From Antechinus flavipes (taxonomy: Eukaryota): a DNA stretch of 64,000 bases. Made by a program: the position numbers and the translations under genes. Location: assembly GCF_016432865.1 (NCBI RefSeq), contig NC_067398.1, forward strand, positions 715,666,001 to 715,730,000. Reading direction: 5' to 3'. Under the pieces are notes generated by a model that saw nothing but the letters and a program-made list of their open reading frames with translations, ran no database searches and was not told the DNA's origin. Below, one piece after another: positions 1 to 13,100 of the stretch; the stretch's first letter is position 1, and each line of letters starts with the position of its first letter.

Positions 1-199
1 AGCTGGAGCTTGGAGACTAAATACTGTACCAGGTGGTCGCTAACCCCATACAATATGTATAAAGCACTCGGCACAGTGCCTGACACATAGTAGGTGCTTA
101 ATGTTTGTTCCCTTCCTCTCTACCCAGGGTACCAGGAAGTATGACCCACTGTATGTTGCTCATCACTATAAAAGTTATTCATGATGAGCTCGGACAGAG

Positions 200-840
200 G
201 TCAATAGTCTATCAGTCCAAAAAGCATTTATTAAGCACCTACTATGTGCCAGGCACTGGGCTAAATGCTGGAGATACAAAGAAAGGCAACAGACAGTGCT
301 TGCCCTCAAGGAGTTTCTAGTCTAATGAAGGAGAAAACAAGCTAGAGACCGGAGAAGTGGAAAATAATCTGTAAAGGGAAGATTTTAGCATTTAGGGATG
401 AGGTGGTATCCGGACAGGCTCCTTGGAGAAGGTGGGACTTGAAGGAAGCTGCAAGACAGACATAAGGAGGAGAGAGTTTCAGGCAGGGTGGCCAGGAGAT
501 GGAATGCCATTTGAGAGCAGCCAGGAGATCAGTGTTCCCGGATAGAAGAGTGTGTGAAGGGGAGAAAGGCTTAGGCTGGAAGGATAACAAAGGCTTTAAA
601 GTAGAGAGTTTTATCCTGGAAGGAACAGGGAGCATTTGGAGTTTATGGAACATGAGGGGGATGAAATTGGATCTTTGCTTAGGAAGATCAATGAGAGCAG
701 CTGATTGGCAGATGGACTGGTGTGGGAAGAGACTTGAGGAAGAGAGATCAACCAGCAACTCTGGCAAAGATCCAGGGGCGAAATGAGGGTCCAAGGGTAT
801 GAGTAAGAAGTTTTTAAAGGAAGGCAGGCTATCCATGAAA
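200..840 (-). mobile_element. Ancient L2 LINE 3' fragment
   Basis: Typical L2 tail (aagcatttattaagcacctactatgtgccaggcact...ccctcaagga) followed by degenerate internal L2-like sequence. Confidence 0.6.
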
Positions 841-844
841 AAGT

Positions 845-1340
845 CTAGTAAATTACTAATTGTCAGAAATCACTACTGATCCCTAAATCACTACTAATCA
901 GAAAGCACTAAGTCACTACTGATCCCTAAATCACTACTAATCACTAAATCACTACTAATCAGAAAGCACTAAATTTACTACTGATCCCTAAATCATTAAC
1001 TAATCACTAAATCACTACTAATCAGAAAGCGCTAAATCACTACTGATCCCTAAATCAGTACTAATCACTAAATCACTACTAATCGCCAAATTACTACTAA
1101 TCACTAAATCACTACTAATCAGAAAGCACTAAATCACTACTGATCCCTAAATCACTACTAATCACTAAATCACTACTAATCAGAAAGCACTAAATTTACT
1201 ACTGATCCCTAAATCACTACTAATCAGAAATCACTAAATCACTACTGGTCATTAAATCACTACTAATCAGAAATCACTAAATCACTACTGGTCATTAAAT
1301 CACTACTAATCAGAAAGCACCAAATCACTACTAATCAGAA
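845..1340. repeat. AT-rich compound minisatellite (ctaaatcactactaatca / ctgatccc / gaaagca modules)
   Basis: Direct reading: about 19 AAATCAC cores in 18-25 nt units. Confidence 0.95.
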
Positions 1341-1647
1341 AGTGCAAATTAAAGCAATGTTGAGATTCCCCCTCATAGCATCAGAATGGCAAAGGAAACA
1401 AACAGAAAATCACACAGGAAAACATCAGACAGGAAAGAGGCTGATATGTTGTGATAGAATGGGGAACTGGTCCGATCCTTTAAAACAATTTCCTTCCTTC
1501 CTTCTTTCCTTCCCCCTTCCTTCCCTCCTTCCTCCCTCCTTCCCTCCTTTCTTCCTTCTTTTTTTAATAAAGGAGAGAGATTAGGAGCAGCTTATAAAAG
1601 CATATAAAAATAAAGGTGGTGTGTGTGTGTTTAAAGAATACCAAGTA

Positions 1648-1810
1648 ATGGGGCAGCTGGCTGGCACAGTGGATAAGAGCACTAGCCCTGAAGTCAGGAG
1701 GACCTCAGTTCGAATCCAGCCTCAGACACTTAACACTTCCTGGTTGTGTGACCTTGGGCAAGTCACTTAACCCCAATTGTCTCAACAACAACGACCAAAA
1801 AAAAAAAAAA
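1648..1810 (+). mobile_element. WSINE1-type marsupial CORE-SINE
   Basis: gggcagctgg..cagtggata..agcactagccctgaagtcaggaggacct..gttcgaatccagcctcagacactt; CORE (tgtgtgaccttgggcaagtcacttaac); A tail. Confidence 0.8.
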
Positions 1811-1829
1811 TGCCAAATACTATAGTAAT

Positions 1830-2210
1830 TGCAACATTGTTCAGGGATCAACTATGACAGACAGCTCTTCTCAGCAATACAATGACCAAAGGCAATTCAA
1901 AAATACTCCCGATGGAGAACACTATCCACATCCAAAAAAAAAGAATCATAGATTCTAAATACCGTGGAAACATACCGTTTTCACTTTGGTGGTTGTTTTT
2001 TCTTTCTCTGGTTTTCCCCTTTTATTCTAATTTTTCTTGTCAAAACTGTACATGTATAGTCTATATCAGATTGCTGGTCCTCTTGGGAAGGGGGGAGGAG
2101 AGGGAAGGGGGAAAATTTCAAACTCAAAAATCTCATAAAAATGAGTATTGAAAACTATCATTACAAGTAAATTGGAAAAATATAAGACTATTAAATGGGA
2201 GAAAACAAGC
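1830..2210 (+). mobile_element. Older marsupial L1 3' UTR fragment
   Basis: Similar to the copies at ~50000-50400 and ~52990-53460; G-rich tract followed by A-rich end. Confidence 0.6.
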
Positions 2211-2329
2211 TTTTTAAAAAAGGTACCAAGTACTGAAAAAACAAGCCGGTAAAAAGAAGCGTCCCTTTCTTCTCTTCCAAGTTAATGAGTCTCACTTAAA
2301 GAATGGATGGGTAGAACCCCCTTCCCCTT

Positions 2330-2572
2330 CACACACACACACACAATCATACACAATCACACACATACTCCTTTGGCACACACATAATCACACATACACT
2401 CATTCACACTCACACACACTCATACATAATCACACACACTCATTCACACTCACACATAATCACACACTCATTCACACTCACACACAATCACACACACACA
2501 TAATCTCACACACACATAATCACACTCACTCATTCACACTCATTCACACTCACACTCACAAAATCACACATA
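2330..2572. repeat. Degenerate (CA)n / cacactcattcacact repeat
   Basis: Direct reading. Confidence 0.9.
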
Positions 2573-5126
2573 TGGAGGCTCCAAGACAGAACTGGGCAAA
2601 CACGGTCAGAGAATGAACGCATTTAAATTTCCGTTAAATAGGGCCGCTTCCCTCTGGCTGAGAGAAAAGCTGAAAGACCCTAAGACTTCGCCTCACATAG
2701 TCTGACAGAAAAAAGCTGGTGTGAAGTTCACTGGCAAGGCCTTCAGTGAGGAGCCCGAATTGGGCTGAGGTGTTGTTTAGGGGACCCACGGGCTAGCAAC
2801 CTCCCAGAAAGCAGCTCCATATCTAGCTGTGGAGAGATTGGGCAAATTGTCCATTCAAAGACAATTCACTGCAGCCGCTTACGGCCTATATATGGGTCAC
2901 CCAGTCAATCACTTATTTATTATGCTTCTACTGGGTGTCAGGAACTCTACTCCTTTACTCCTCACCACAACCCTGGGAAGTAGGTATTATTATTATCCCC
3001 ATTTTATAGATGAGGAAACTGAGGCAGACAGCAGGTAAGTGATTTGCCCAGGATCAAAGAGCTCGGGAGTGGATGAGGCTACTCAGCTCTTACTGACTCT
3101 AGGCTAATGATCTATACGCTGTACCACCTGCCAGTCTCCTGCAATGTAGCACGGCTATATCTGTCTATTAGTTCTCTAGTGTTTGGTTTTGTGAATATGT
3201 GAACTGCTGTTATACTGGCCATGTGATCCTATTGGACACCCATGTTAATTTGGTGTCCATATTTTTATATGTTTTTATATAATTATATATAATTTTTATT
3301 TTATAATTGTTTTATCATTTTAAATGATTGTTTTATATATATTAGGGGATCAGTGACCCCCAAAGCTCTAGCCTTCCGTGGGATGTCTAAACCACAGAGT
3401 AGTACCGAATCTCAGGGGAATGGCATAGGATTCTCCAGGAAGAGGATTCAGCCTTGGTGGCAAGATCAAGCTGTCTTCTGGAAGGAGCAGATGGAAGATT
3501 GGAGAGCTTCACATGTGTTTTTCATTTCCCAAGAGTCCTTTGCATTTTATGTATATTCTGTGGAGTGGAAGAAAGGCTTCTCATCCTCTGCTATGCATGT
3601 GCTACACGGAGGGCAGGCACAAATCAATGAAGTGAAAAAGTAGGAGGAAATTATATGTGGGCAAGGAATGGTTGCGGATGGATATTTTGATCTGGAAAGT
3701 TTGGGGATAATAAGAGGGAGACAATTCTATCATAGCAACCAAAGGTTCAGTGCTGGACGAGGGAAGTGAAACTGCCAAGAGATTCAAGTGTGGGAAACTG
3801 TGGATGATCCATGACACCACAATGATCTGGTAGCGGCATTAAAAAAATATTTCTGTGGAAAGCTAAAGGTATATATTTATATGTACTTACAAGCATCTAT
3901 ATAGATCTATATCCATATCCTAACCCTAACCCTAAATGTGCCTCTTGACTCTATATGCATATATTTATATATGAGTGTGTATGTATATACATACATACAC
4001 ATGCACACACATATGATCTGTTTCAAGGGATTTAGGGTTTTTGTCGGCTTCCCACCCCCTTCCACTTTCTAAAAAATCCTTTAAGAGATGGCTCACTGGG
4101 AGTCTGGAGAAGAGGGAAATCTACAAGTGGAAATACGGTAATATAAAATAAAAGCTATCAACAAGAGATATTATTTACCCGCGTCCATGTTTAAATGTCT
4201 CTAAAAGAATACCAGTGAAAAATGGGGGAAGACACACGGCTACGTCCCAATGTATTCAAATTCCCACAATTTTAAGTTATAATTAAGTAAAATAAGGTAA
4301 CTGGTTTCAGTCTAATGGGAATACTGGGACCTTATCCTATCCATAATGCACACACTCTTTGCCAAAGACCAGACTTCTCTCCCCTTTCTCCCAGGTGATG
4401 CGTGAGATCAGTCATTGATCCAAAGCTCACCTGGCTAAGGGAAGGCTGCAGGAGGAGGCAGCAGGCCCAGGGCAAGCAGCCTCCTCCCAGAATGCTCTGG
4501 GGCCAGCAGGCCCAGCTTTCCCACAGATTAGGACCTAAAGACCGCTGGTCAGACCCCAAGCAACTCACTGGGTTCTCTGCCTTCTCCCATTTTAAATCCA
4601 CTAACTCCTGAGAGATCACAAAACACTCAAGGGGAGCTAGGAACCCCTTTGACCCACCTTGAGGGGAAACAGAGACTTGAGTATATTGGAAGATTTCCCT
4701 GGAGTAGCCCCAAGGCAATGTTCCTTAGAGAGAAAGTGAGCCTTTGGGATCAGCCCCAAGCTCACACATAGTTCCTGAGAACCCTGAGTCTTGAGGGGCT
4801 CACCTTAGAATTCTTTATTCTAACATCTCTCCCAGCTCTATGATCCCTTGCTCTGAGCCCCTTCCCAGCCCTGATGTCCCTGTTCTAAGACCCCTTCCCC
4901 AGCTCTGACACCCCCTGTTCTAAGCATCCCCCCAGCCCTGATACCCCCTATTCTACCCACTCCTGCCCAAGCTCACTCTTGGCTGAACTGGATTGGATGT
5001 TCCAGGCCCACAAGATTCCAAGTTCTTTCTGGACCAGACCTGTTCCCATTACTCAAATGTGCTCTCCCTCCCCTCCCAAGCAGCTGCCCCACCGCCCCCC
5101 AGGCCCAGCCCCTTGCCCCCACTCAC

Positions 5127-5248
5127 TCAGCCATGCTGACTTGCAGGGGGGCCACGTAGGCGTAGAAGAGCAGAAGGAAGCCGGTGAAGAGACATCCCAG
5201 GATGAGCGCCTTCGCCATGGAGTGCCAGGGTTTCCTCAGAGAAGGCAT
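5127..5248 (-). CDS. GAL3ST1: Galactose-3-O-sulfotransferase 1 (cerebroside sulfotransferase), first coding exon (cytoplasmic tail + type II TM anchor); the large catalytic exon lies left of the window
   Basis: Translates MPSLRKPWHSMAKALILGCLFTGFLLLFYAYVAPLQVSMA(E), matching human MLPPQKKPWESMAKGLVLGALFTSFLLLVYSY. Acceptor ccccag at 5258 (exon starts 5257, 9 nt of UTR); phase-2 donor GA|gtgagt; synteny with PES1 and TCN2. Confidence 0.93.
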
Positions 5249-5796
5249 CTCAGTGACCTGGGGAAGAGAGAGGGGGCAGGAGCCCTGAAGGAAGCCACAG
5301 ACCCTGGCCCCCCAACACACATACAAACATATAAGCACATACATGCACATACATATACATATAAACACAGACATATACACACACATACACACACCATTGC
5401 CTTTTGCCCTCTTATTGGGCTCAATCAGAAGCCAGGCCCTCAATAAGCTTCCACTGATCAATCACCTGCACAGACAGGGACTGGCTTCTGGCCTTTCTCA
5501 TCATCTCCAGAGCTTAGCATCTTGCTGGTATACAGTAGGCACTTAACGAATGCATTTTGATTAATTGAAGATCTTTCCAATGTGTATTTCAAGTGAGTCT
5601 CACAACAACCATGGAGGGAAAGCAGCCCTCAAATATGACTTGCCCCATTTTACAGATGAGGAAGCTGAGGCTGACACAAGAGGGACTTGTCCAAGGTTGC
5701 AGAGAAATGTCCAAATGGAGACTTGTATCTAGATCTCCGAATTCCAAGTTCAGAGAATAAAGGCATCATCACTTTCTTCTTAAAAAATTGTATTAT

Positions 5797-5947
5797 GGGG
5801 CAGCTTGGTGGTACAGTGGATAGAGCACCAGCCCTGAAGTCAGGAGGACCCGAGTTCAAATCTGGCCTTGGACACTTGACACTTCCTGGCTGTGTGACCC
5901 TGAGCAAGTCACTTCACCCCAACTGCCTCAGCAAAACTTTAAAAAAA
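5797..5947 (+). mobile_element. WSINE1-type SINE with target-site duplication
   Basis: tRNA-like head + CORE; TSD aaaaaattgta at 5782-5792 and 5942-5952. Confidence 0.85.
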
Positions 5948-6822
5948 TTGTACTGATACCTTGTTTAACTACATACTTTTTCAATTAGCAAAAATCTTTA
6001 TTTCTCCCATCTCTTTCCCCTCTTAATTAAGAATAAAAGAATAACAAAATCCCAATTGTAAACATATAATCAGAATAATTTCCCCACTGGCCATGTCTAA
6101 AAGACAACAATATCTAAATATGCATGTATACTTATGTATATATGTGTATGTACTGGCTTTCTCTGATCTCTCTCTCACACACACACCCCAAATAGCTTTC
6201 ATTCTGAGAGTCTTTCATTTCTCTCTGAGGAGGGAAGAGCAAGTTTCATCAGTTTGTCGTCCTGAAATCGTGGCCGCTCATTACACTCATCAGAATTCCT
6301 GATTTAGTACAAACTGTTCTCCTTCCGCTCTCTTCCCTCTGTATCGGTTCAGACAAGTCTCTTCAGCTTCTGAGAAACCATAGTACCCCCTCACATTTAT
6401 ATATCATATTTAGTCACTCCCTCAAAGCTTCATTCTTTGCCACCTCAAAAAAAAACTAAAATGTTTTTAATATCCTTAAAATACGTGTTGTTGCCATTGC
6501 TCAGTAGCTATATTTGACTATTCTTGACTCCATTGGGGGTTTTCTAGGTAAAGAATTTTGCCGTTTCCTTCTCCAGCTCATTTGACAGATGAGGGAACTG
6601 AAGCAAATTGGAGTAAGTGACTTGCTAGAAGTGTCTGAGCTCAGGAAAATTGGTCTATCTCCAGTTCACCATCTAGGTGCCCAAAATTCCCATCGGTTAG
6701 AACAAATCCCTTCTTTAATTTACTCTTTCTCCAATACCCCTTCCCTGCCATTTTCTTCTTCCTTTTCTGTAGAGTGTAGAGAGAATACATTTCTGTAGAG
6801 TGAAATGTATTTATCCAACATA

Positions 6823-6847
6823 TGTGTGTGTGTATGTGTGTGTGTGT

Positions 6848-6900
<53 letters not shown>
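6823..6900. repeat. Compound (TG)n(AG)n microsatellite
   Basis: Direct reading. Confidence 0.97.
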
Positions 6901-6901
<1 letters not shown>

Positions 6902-6904
6902 AGT

Positions 6905-7880
6905 TCAGATCAATGAGGTTCAAATATCAGTGACTTCCTTCTTGATTTCCTTTCCTGTTTGTAGAGATAGCGATCCATTCTAATTATATGAGATAATTTT
7001 CCTAACTCTTCTTCCATCCTCTCTCTGTCCCCCACAGTATTTCTCTTCCCCTGCTTTCTCCTAAGATCATCAAGATGTAACAGAATCACTGGCAGGCCTT
7101 GACTAATTATCGATGCTCCCGATGACCCCTGATGATAATGTTCAGAGGGGACACATAGATAAGATTTTGAATGTAAGCAATTCACCTGTGTTTTAGTCCC
7201 TTAGAATTGTTCAGTCATGTTTACCTCGTTATGTTTCCCTCGTGTTTGAACTTCAAATTTTCTACATAGTTCTGGTATTTCCATCAGAATATTTGAAAGT
7301 TGCCTATTTCATTAAAGAGTCCATTTTTTTTTCCTGTATCATTATATATTCAGTGTTGCTAGAGCAGTTATTCTTGGCTGTAAACCTATATCCTTGGCCT
7401 TTTGGAATATCGTATTCCAGTATCCCTACTCCTCTCCAGTGGTGGCTGCTAAATCATGTATGATCCCAACTGGTTCCTCAAGTCTTGAATTTTCTCTCTG
7501 TTGGTTTGCAATATTTTTAATTTGAGCTGGAAGCTCTGAACTTGGATTGTGATGTTCCTGAGGATTTTCATTTTGATGTTTTTCTCAGGAGTTGGATTCT
7601 TTCTATTTTTACCTTGCTGCTGGTTCTAAGAGCTCTGGGAAGATTTCTTGAACTATAATATCTAGGCTCTTTTTTGTTATACATGCAATAATTATTACCT
7701 TTTTTCCCTCAAACTGTTTTCTAAGTCGTTTTTAAAATGTGAGATATTTTATATTTTCCTCTATTTTTTAGTCTTTTGACTTTGTTTTAACATTTCTCAC
7801 AGTCTCATGGAATCATTGGCTTTATTTGGTCCATCTTAATTTTCGGGGAGTTTTGGGTAAGATTTTGTACCAAAATGTTA
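6905..7880 (-). mobile_element. Degraded L1 ORF1-region remnant
   Basis: T-rich + strand; similar to the ORF1 remnants at 9.7-10.7 kb; boundaries approximate. Confidence 0.55.
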
Positions 7881-9179
7881 ATTCCCTTTCCATATTTGGG
7901 ATATTATGGTGAAGATGCTTGTTGACTAGAATATAAATAAACTCCTTGAGAGTAATACTCGTTTTCCTAATAGGCACTTCAGAAATATTCCACTCGATGG
8001 AAGATTTCAGGTGCAGAAGAGAACCTCAGAGCATCCTCTTCCAGCCTGCACCTGGGACACTGTCTTGGTTTTGGAAGGGATGAGAAGGATGATTTGGGGA
8101 TGGGGGAGAGGAGAAAAAAAGGATCGAGACGAGACGTTTGGAATCTGTGGCAAATAGTCCAGGTGGCTAGCCCATCCATCAAGAGCATCCAGCATGTTCT
8201 TGGAAAAGATAAGAAGGTTTCTCCAATAAGATTGGATGAGGAGCATGAGATCAATTGGTTGGGTTTTCACCAGGCCCTTGGAAGGCTTTGGGTGACGAAG
8301 CCCTGAATTTGGTTCATGAAGCTAGGGGAAATTCTGTGATATGTCACTCCCAGGAGGGTGGGGAGGGGCTTAATTTGTAGGAAATGCCTCATTTACCATA
8401 GGACTAGTATTTCCCTGATGGAGCTTCTTTCCTCTCATCCATAACATGGGGAGACTTTTACAATAAGGACACAAAGCCGATTCCACGACCTGATGGGTCC
8501 CAGCTTCCCTGGTCCTCTCTATGAGGTGGTGGGATCTCTAAGACTGGTGGGTGCTAAGACCTTGAGTCAACATAACTATTGAACAGATAATGGAGGCAAT
8601 GAATGGAGTTCATCTAGAAAAAAATTGTTTCAAAGGACCTTGTTTCCCCCAATAATAGCATTGCTCTTTTTTTTCCTCCCCCAAAATCTCCTCTTCCCAA
8701 CTAAGACAAAGAAAAAAATCCTTGTTAAAAAAATAAAGTCAAGTAGTATGAATTCACACATTAGCTTAATATATATGATAATTATAAATATAATATGTAT
8801 TATATAAATATAATAATTATTATCTGTTAATCTATGTAAATATATGCCTCTTTCCAACCCTTGAGTCCAGCCCCCTCTCTGTTTTGGAGAGAGTCATGGC
8901 TGGTAACTGCATTAATCATTGTTCTTGGCACTCAAAGTATCTTTTCTTTATGATGTTGTCCTTGAATAAATTGTTCTCCTGGTTTGGTTCACTTTGTATA
9001 AATTTAAATTATCCAGGATTCTTTAAAATGGCATCTTTCATAATTTCTTATGAAATTATATTATTATATTACATGTGGTATTCTATTTATTATTACAATA
9101 TTATATTACATTATACAATATTATATTACATTCCTATGTCACAATCTGTTCAACCACTCCACTCCCAATGATAGACAGT

Positions 9180-10740
9180 TGTCTTTCTTAAATCTTGGTT
9201 CTTTTATTTTTATTTCTTTTAATCCCCTTCCTTTCCATGATCAGTAAGTTTCTTTTGTTTTCAACTACTCTCTCTCTTAAACCATCCCCTTCCCATCCCT
9301 AATCATTTCCCTATTGAATCTGTGCATATGTTCAACCCTTCTTTATCCAGTTCAGATAAGAGCAAGCTTCAACTTGACCATTTCCCCAACTCCTTCTACC
9401 ATATTTGTACATTCTTTTTCTTACACACCCCAATTATGAGAAATAACAAGTAATAACAAGGCTTCTTCCTCCCTTCTGCATCAATACATCCCTTTTACTC
9501 CATGCTTCTTTTACCCTTTTAGAACTATCAGAACAGAACCAATCCACTGAAGTCTTCTGCTTTTCTCATTGCATCCTCTCTATACTTTTTGAAGACACTA
9601 CAATTCTGAAGGAATATTTGTTTGTTCTCCCCCAGTAGAAGATTATTACCATAAGATCATATATAGCTTTCTCCAAGTAGTCAAATAAAATTAACTTTTT
9701 GTATTCCTATGTGTCCTGGCTTTTCTGTTTCAAAATATCTATTCAGCTCTGGTCTTTTCATCAGAAATGTCTGAAAGTCCTCGATTTTCCCTGTAGAATT
9801 TCTCTCAGCTTTGCAAGTTAAGTTATTCTTAGTTATCAGCCTATACTGTTTGTCTTTCAGAACATTGTATTCCAAGTTCTTCTCTCATTTTTAGCAGAAG
9901 CTGCCAGATCTCGTGGAATCCTAACTGGCTCCTGGGTACATGAACTCCTTTCTGGCTACTCATAATATTTTTTTTTCTTTTGAACTCCGTCTGGATTTTG
10001 AGTATGATATTTCTAGGACTTGTTCTTTTGAAGTTTACATCTTTGTTTTTCAGGAGAGGTGATCAGTGGGTTCTTTCTATTTTCATTTAGTCCTTTGCTC
10101 ATATTAGAACTGAATGGTTATCATTTGGGATTCCTTGAAAGAAAGTGTCCAGGATCATTACATACCTCAACAATGATACTATATGAGGATATATTCTGAT
10201 GGAAGTGGATTTTTTCAACAAAGAGAAGATCTAACTCAGATTCAATTGATCAAGGATGGACAAAAACAGCTACACCCAAAGAAAGAACACTGGGAAATGA
10301 ATGTGAACTGTTTGTATTTTTGTTTTTCTTCCCAGGTTATTTTTACGTTCTGAATCCAATTCTTCCTGTGCAACAAGAGAACTGTTCGGCTCTGCACACG
10401 TATATTGTATCTGGGATATACTGTGACATATTTAACTTGTAAAGGACTGCTTGCCATCTGGGGCAGGGGGTGAAGGGAGGGAGGGGAAAAGTAGGAACAG
10501 AAGTGAGTGCAAGGGATAATGTTGTTAAAAAAAAAAAATTACCCAGGCATGGGCTCTGTCAATAAAAAATTATAATAAAAAATAAAATAAAATAAAATAA
10601 TTTAAAAAAAGAAAGTGTCCAGGTTTTTGACAATTATGGTTTTAGAAGAATTCAATGATTCTTAAATTATTTTTCTTTAGGAGAAGATGCTGGGAAGATA
10701 ACAGAGTAGATTAGAAAATTCCAAGCTCTTCAGATTTCCT
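9180..10740 (-). mobile_element. Old L1 (ORF1 C-terminus/spacer) interrupted by a younger L1
   Basis: Minus-strand peptide ...FQTFLMKRPELNRYFE, typical of the L1 ORF1p C-terminus; split at the 10138/10623 TSD. Confidence 0.65.
10154..10607 (+). mobile_element. 5'-truncated young L1 3' end with 16-bp TSD
   Basis: TSD aaagaaagtgtccagg at 10138-10153 and 10608-10623; A-rich tail; near-identical to copies at ~45.9-46.56 kb and ~51.0-51.5 kb. Confidence 0.9.
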
Positions 10741-13100
10741 CTAAAACATGACAAAATAATGCCTCAGTGTGAAAGTAGAGTGGTTGAGAAAGTGGGGTTG
10801 AACTGCTATCCTCCTGGGAGAACTAAAGAAGATCCAAAGAAAAGAGGTTTGGCTCCTGTGAAAGGTAAATACCTCAAGGCTGCTCTGCTGGAACAGCAGA
10901 TTGAGAGCCCTGAGGCTAGTATGGGTGGCAGCCTCAGCCCCAGGCACAGGAATTTTCATGTCTTGGACAGCGTGGGGAGTCTGAAGGGGGAAGAGTGAGG
11001 GAACCTCTGCTGATGAAGCGTGCCAGGTCCAGCTGAGACATGGCCCTGGGTGAGAAGGAACAAGCACACATGAGTGCAGAAGCAGCGGGCAGGGACTGCT
11101 GGCTGCCGGCACTTAGAGAAGGGTGGAGTTCTTGGTTTGGTTCCAGATTAGAAAGAACTGAGTGAGGACCTAAGATCAGAGGTGCCATTCCTCACACCCC
11201 AGGACCAGAAGGGATTACCCTTTAAAACTCCTATAAATAAGAGGGGTTTGTTTTTGTTTTTGTTTTAATCAGCAAGCAAAAGAGAATAAACCCAATCATA
11301 GAAAGTTACTATGGGAATAAAGAAGAGGGCCTTCATCATCAGAGGAAGATACTGAAGCAAAAAAAAAAAAAAAAAGCCTCTACAATCCCAAATATGTAAT
11401 ATTGGAGAGTCTGCCTAAAAAGAAATCATAGAAAAAAATTTTAAAAAAAATTAAAGATCAAATGAGGAAAATTTGTGGAAAGTAACAACAATCCAAGAAA
11501 AACAAGATTATGAAAAGAAAATCAACCAATTAGAGAAAGAGATCCAGAATCTTAAGGAAGAAAATGACTCCTTGAAAAGTAGAATTGAGCAAGGGGAAGC
11601 TAGTAAGGTTATAAGAGATCAAGAAATAATAATAAAACAAAATAGAAAGAATAAAAAAATACAAGAGAATGTGAAACATCTCATAAGAAAAACTAATCAA
11701 GAAGAGAAAATATAAGAATAATCAGACTACCCAAAACTACAATCAATAAAAGAATCTTGATGCAATAATACAAGAAAATTGTCTTGAAGTATTAGAACAA
11801 GAGGAAAAAGTAGAAAGAGGACACTATCTGAAAGAGAGCCTATGAGGAAAACCTGCAGAAATATCATAGCCAGATTCCGAGAGAAGGAGAAAAAATATTA
11901 CAAGAAACAAGAAAAATAAAATTCAAATATGGCAGAGCCACAATTGGAATCACACAAGACTTAGAGCAACTACATTAAAAGACAGCAGAACCAAACCAAT
12001 GTGACCAAGATTAGAAGGAAAGCACAAAGCTGGGAAACAATTTTTACAGCAAATGTCTCTGATAAAGGGCTCATTTCTCAAATATATACAGAACTGAGTC
12101 AAATTTCTAAAACTGCAAGTCATTCCCTAAATGATAAATGGTCAGAGAATACGAACAGGCAGTTTTCAGATGAAGAAATAAAAGCTATCTATAAATATAT
12201 GAAGAAAAGCTCTAACTCACTTTTTATTAGAGAAATGCACATTAAAACAACTCTGAGATGCTGTGTGACACCTGTCAGGTTGGCCATTCTAACAAAGAGA
12301 AGTGATAAATGTTGAAGAGGACGTTGGAGAGTCACCTGCCCAAAAAGAAATCATTAAAATTTTTTTTTAAAAAAAGACTTTAAAGATCAAATGTGAGAGA
12401 TTGAGGAAAATTTTTGAAAAGTAACAACAATCCAAGAAAAACAAGATTATGAAAAGAAAATCAAAACCAATTAGAAAAAGAGATCCAGAATCTCAAGGAA
12501 GAAAATGACTCCTTGAAAAGTAGAACTATATAAGGTAAACATCAAAGACTAATGACAAGAGAATCAATAAGAAGAAACTTTTATTTTTTAAATGTGGAAA
12601 TGTGAACCATATGCCTGAGATTGTCACTAGTCATTGGGTCATTTGAAAGAAAGGTTGGTGTAAAGCTGTGTTATGTGATTCTAATCATATAGTCTAATAC
12701 CATGTAGGAAAAGGCAAAAAAGAGTAATTACCTTCTACAAATGAGGTATGAGAGAAAGAACAGACACAAAGGAATGAGATAGGGGAGGAGGGCTGGTAGG
12801 TCTGGAACCCTAGTCTCATCAGGAATGGGTTAAAGAGGGAACAATACACATACACACACACACACACACATACACGCACACACGCGCACACACACACACA
12901 CACACACAGTTATATAGTTATAAAAGTGTTCTCAATTCAGAAAGAAATAAAAGGGTAAGAAAACAAGAATAGAGGAGAGGATAAGGTAGAGATTTTAAAG
13001 AGAATTCTACTCAAATCAGATCTGGGTAAAAGACCAGTCATTTACAAGGGAATAAATGACTTTAAATGTAGAAAGAAAGAAGAGGGTGAGAGAATAAGAT
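10740..13100 (+). mobile_element. Rearranged L1 (5' UTR-like, ORF1 coiled coil, ORF2 fragment, duplicated ORF1 piece)
   Basis: ORF 11473-11715 NQLEKEIQNLKEENDSLKSRIEQ (ORF1p-like); ORF 12001-12315 IFTANVSDKGLISQIYTEL (ORF2p C-terminal); ~11410-11583 repeated at ~12335-12525. Confidence 0.75.

Noticed and set aside
1648-1810. tRNA gene (A/B-box-like motifs)
   Set aside because: This is the tRNA-derived head of a CORE-SINE, followed by CORE and an A tail; no cloverleaf.
2581-2900. Unique-looking segments (also 3330-3840 and 8000-8620) as hidden exons or pseudogenes
   Set aside because: Translations match no protein I recognise; most likely old unclassified repeats or neutral intron sequence.
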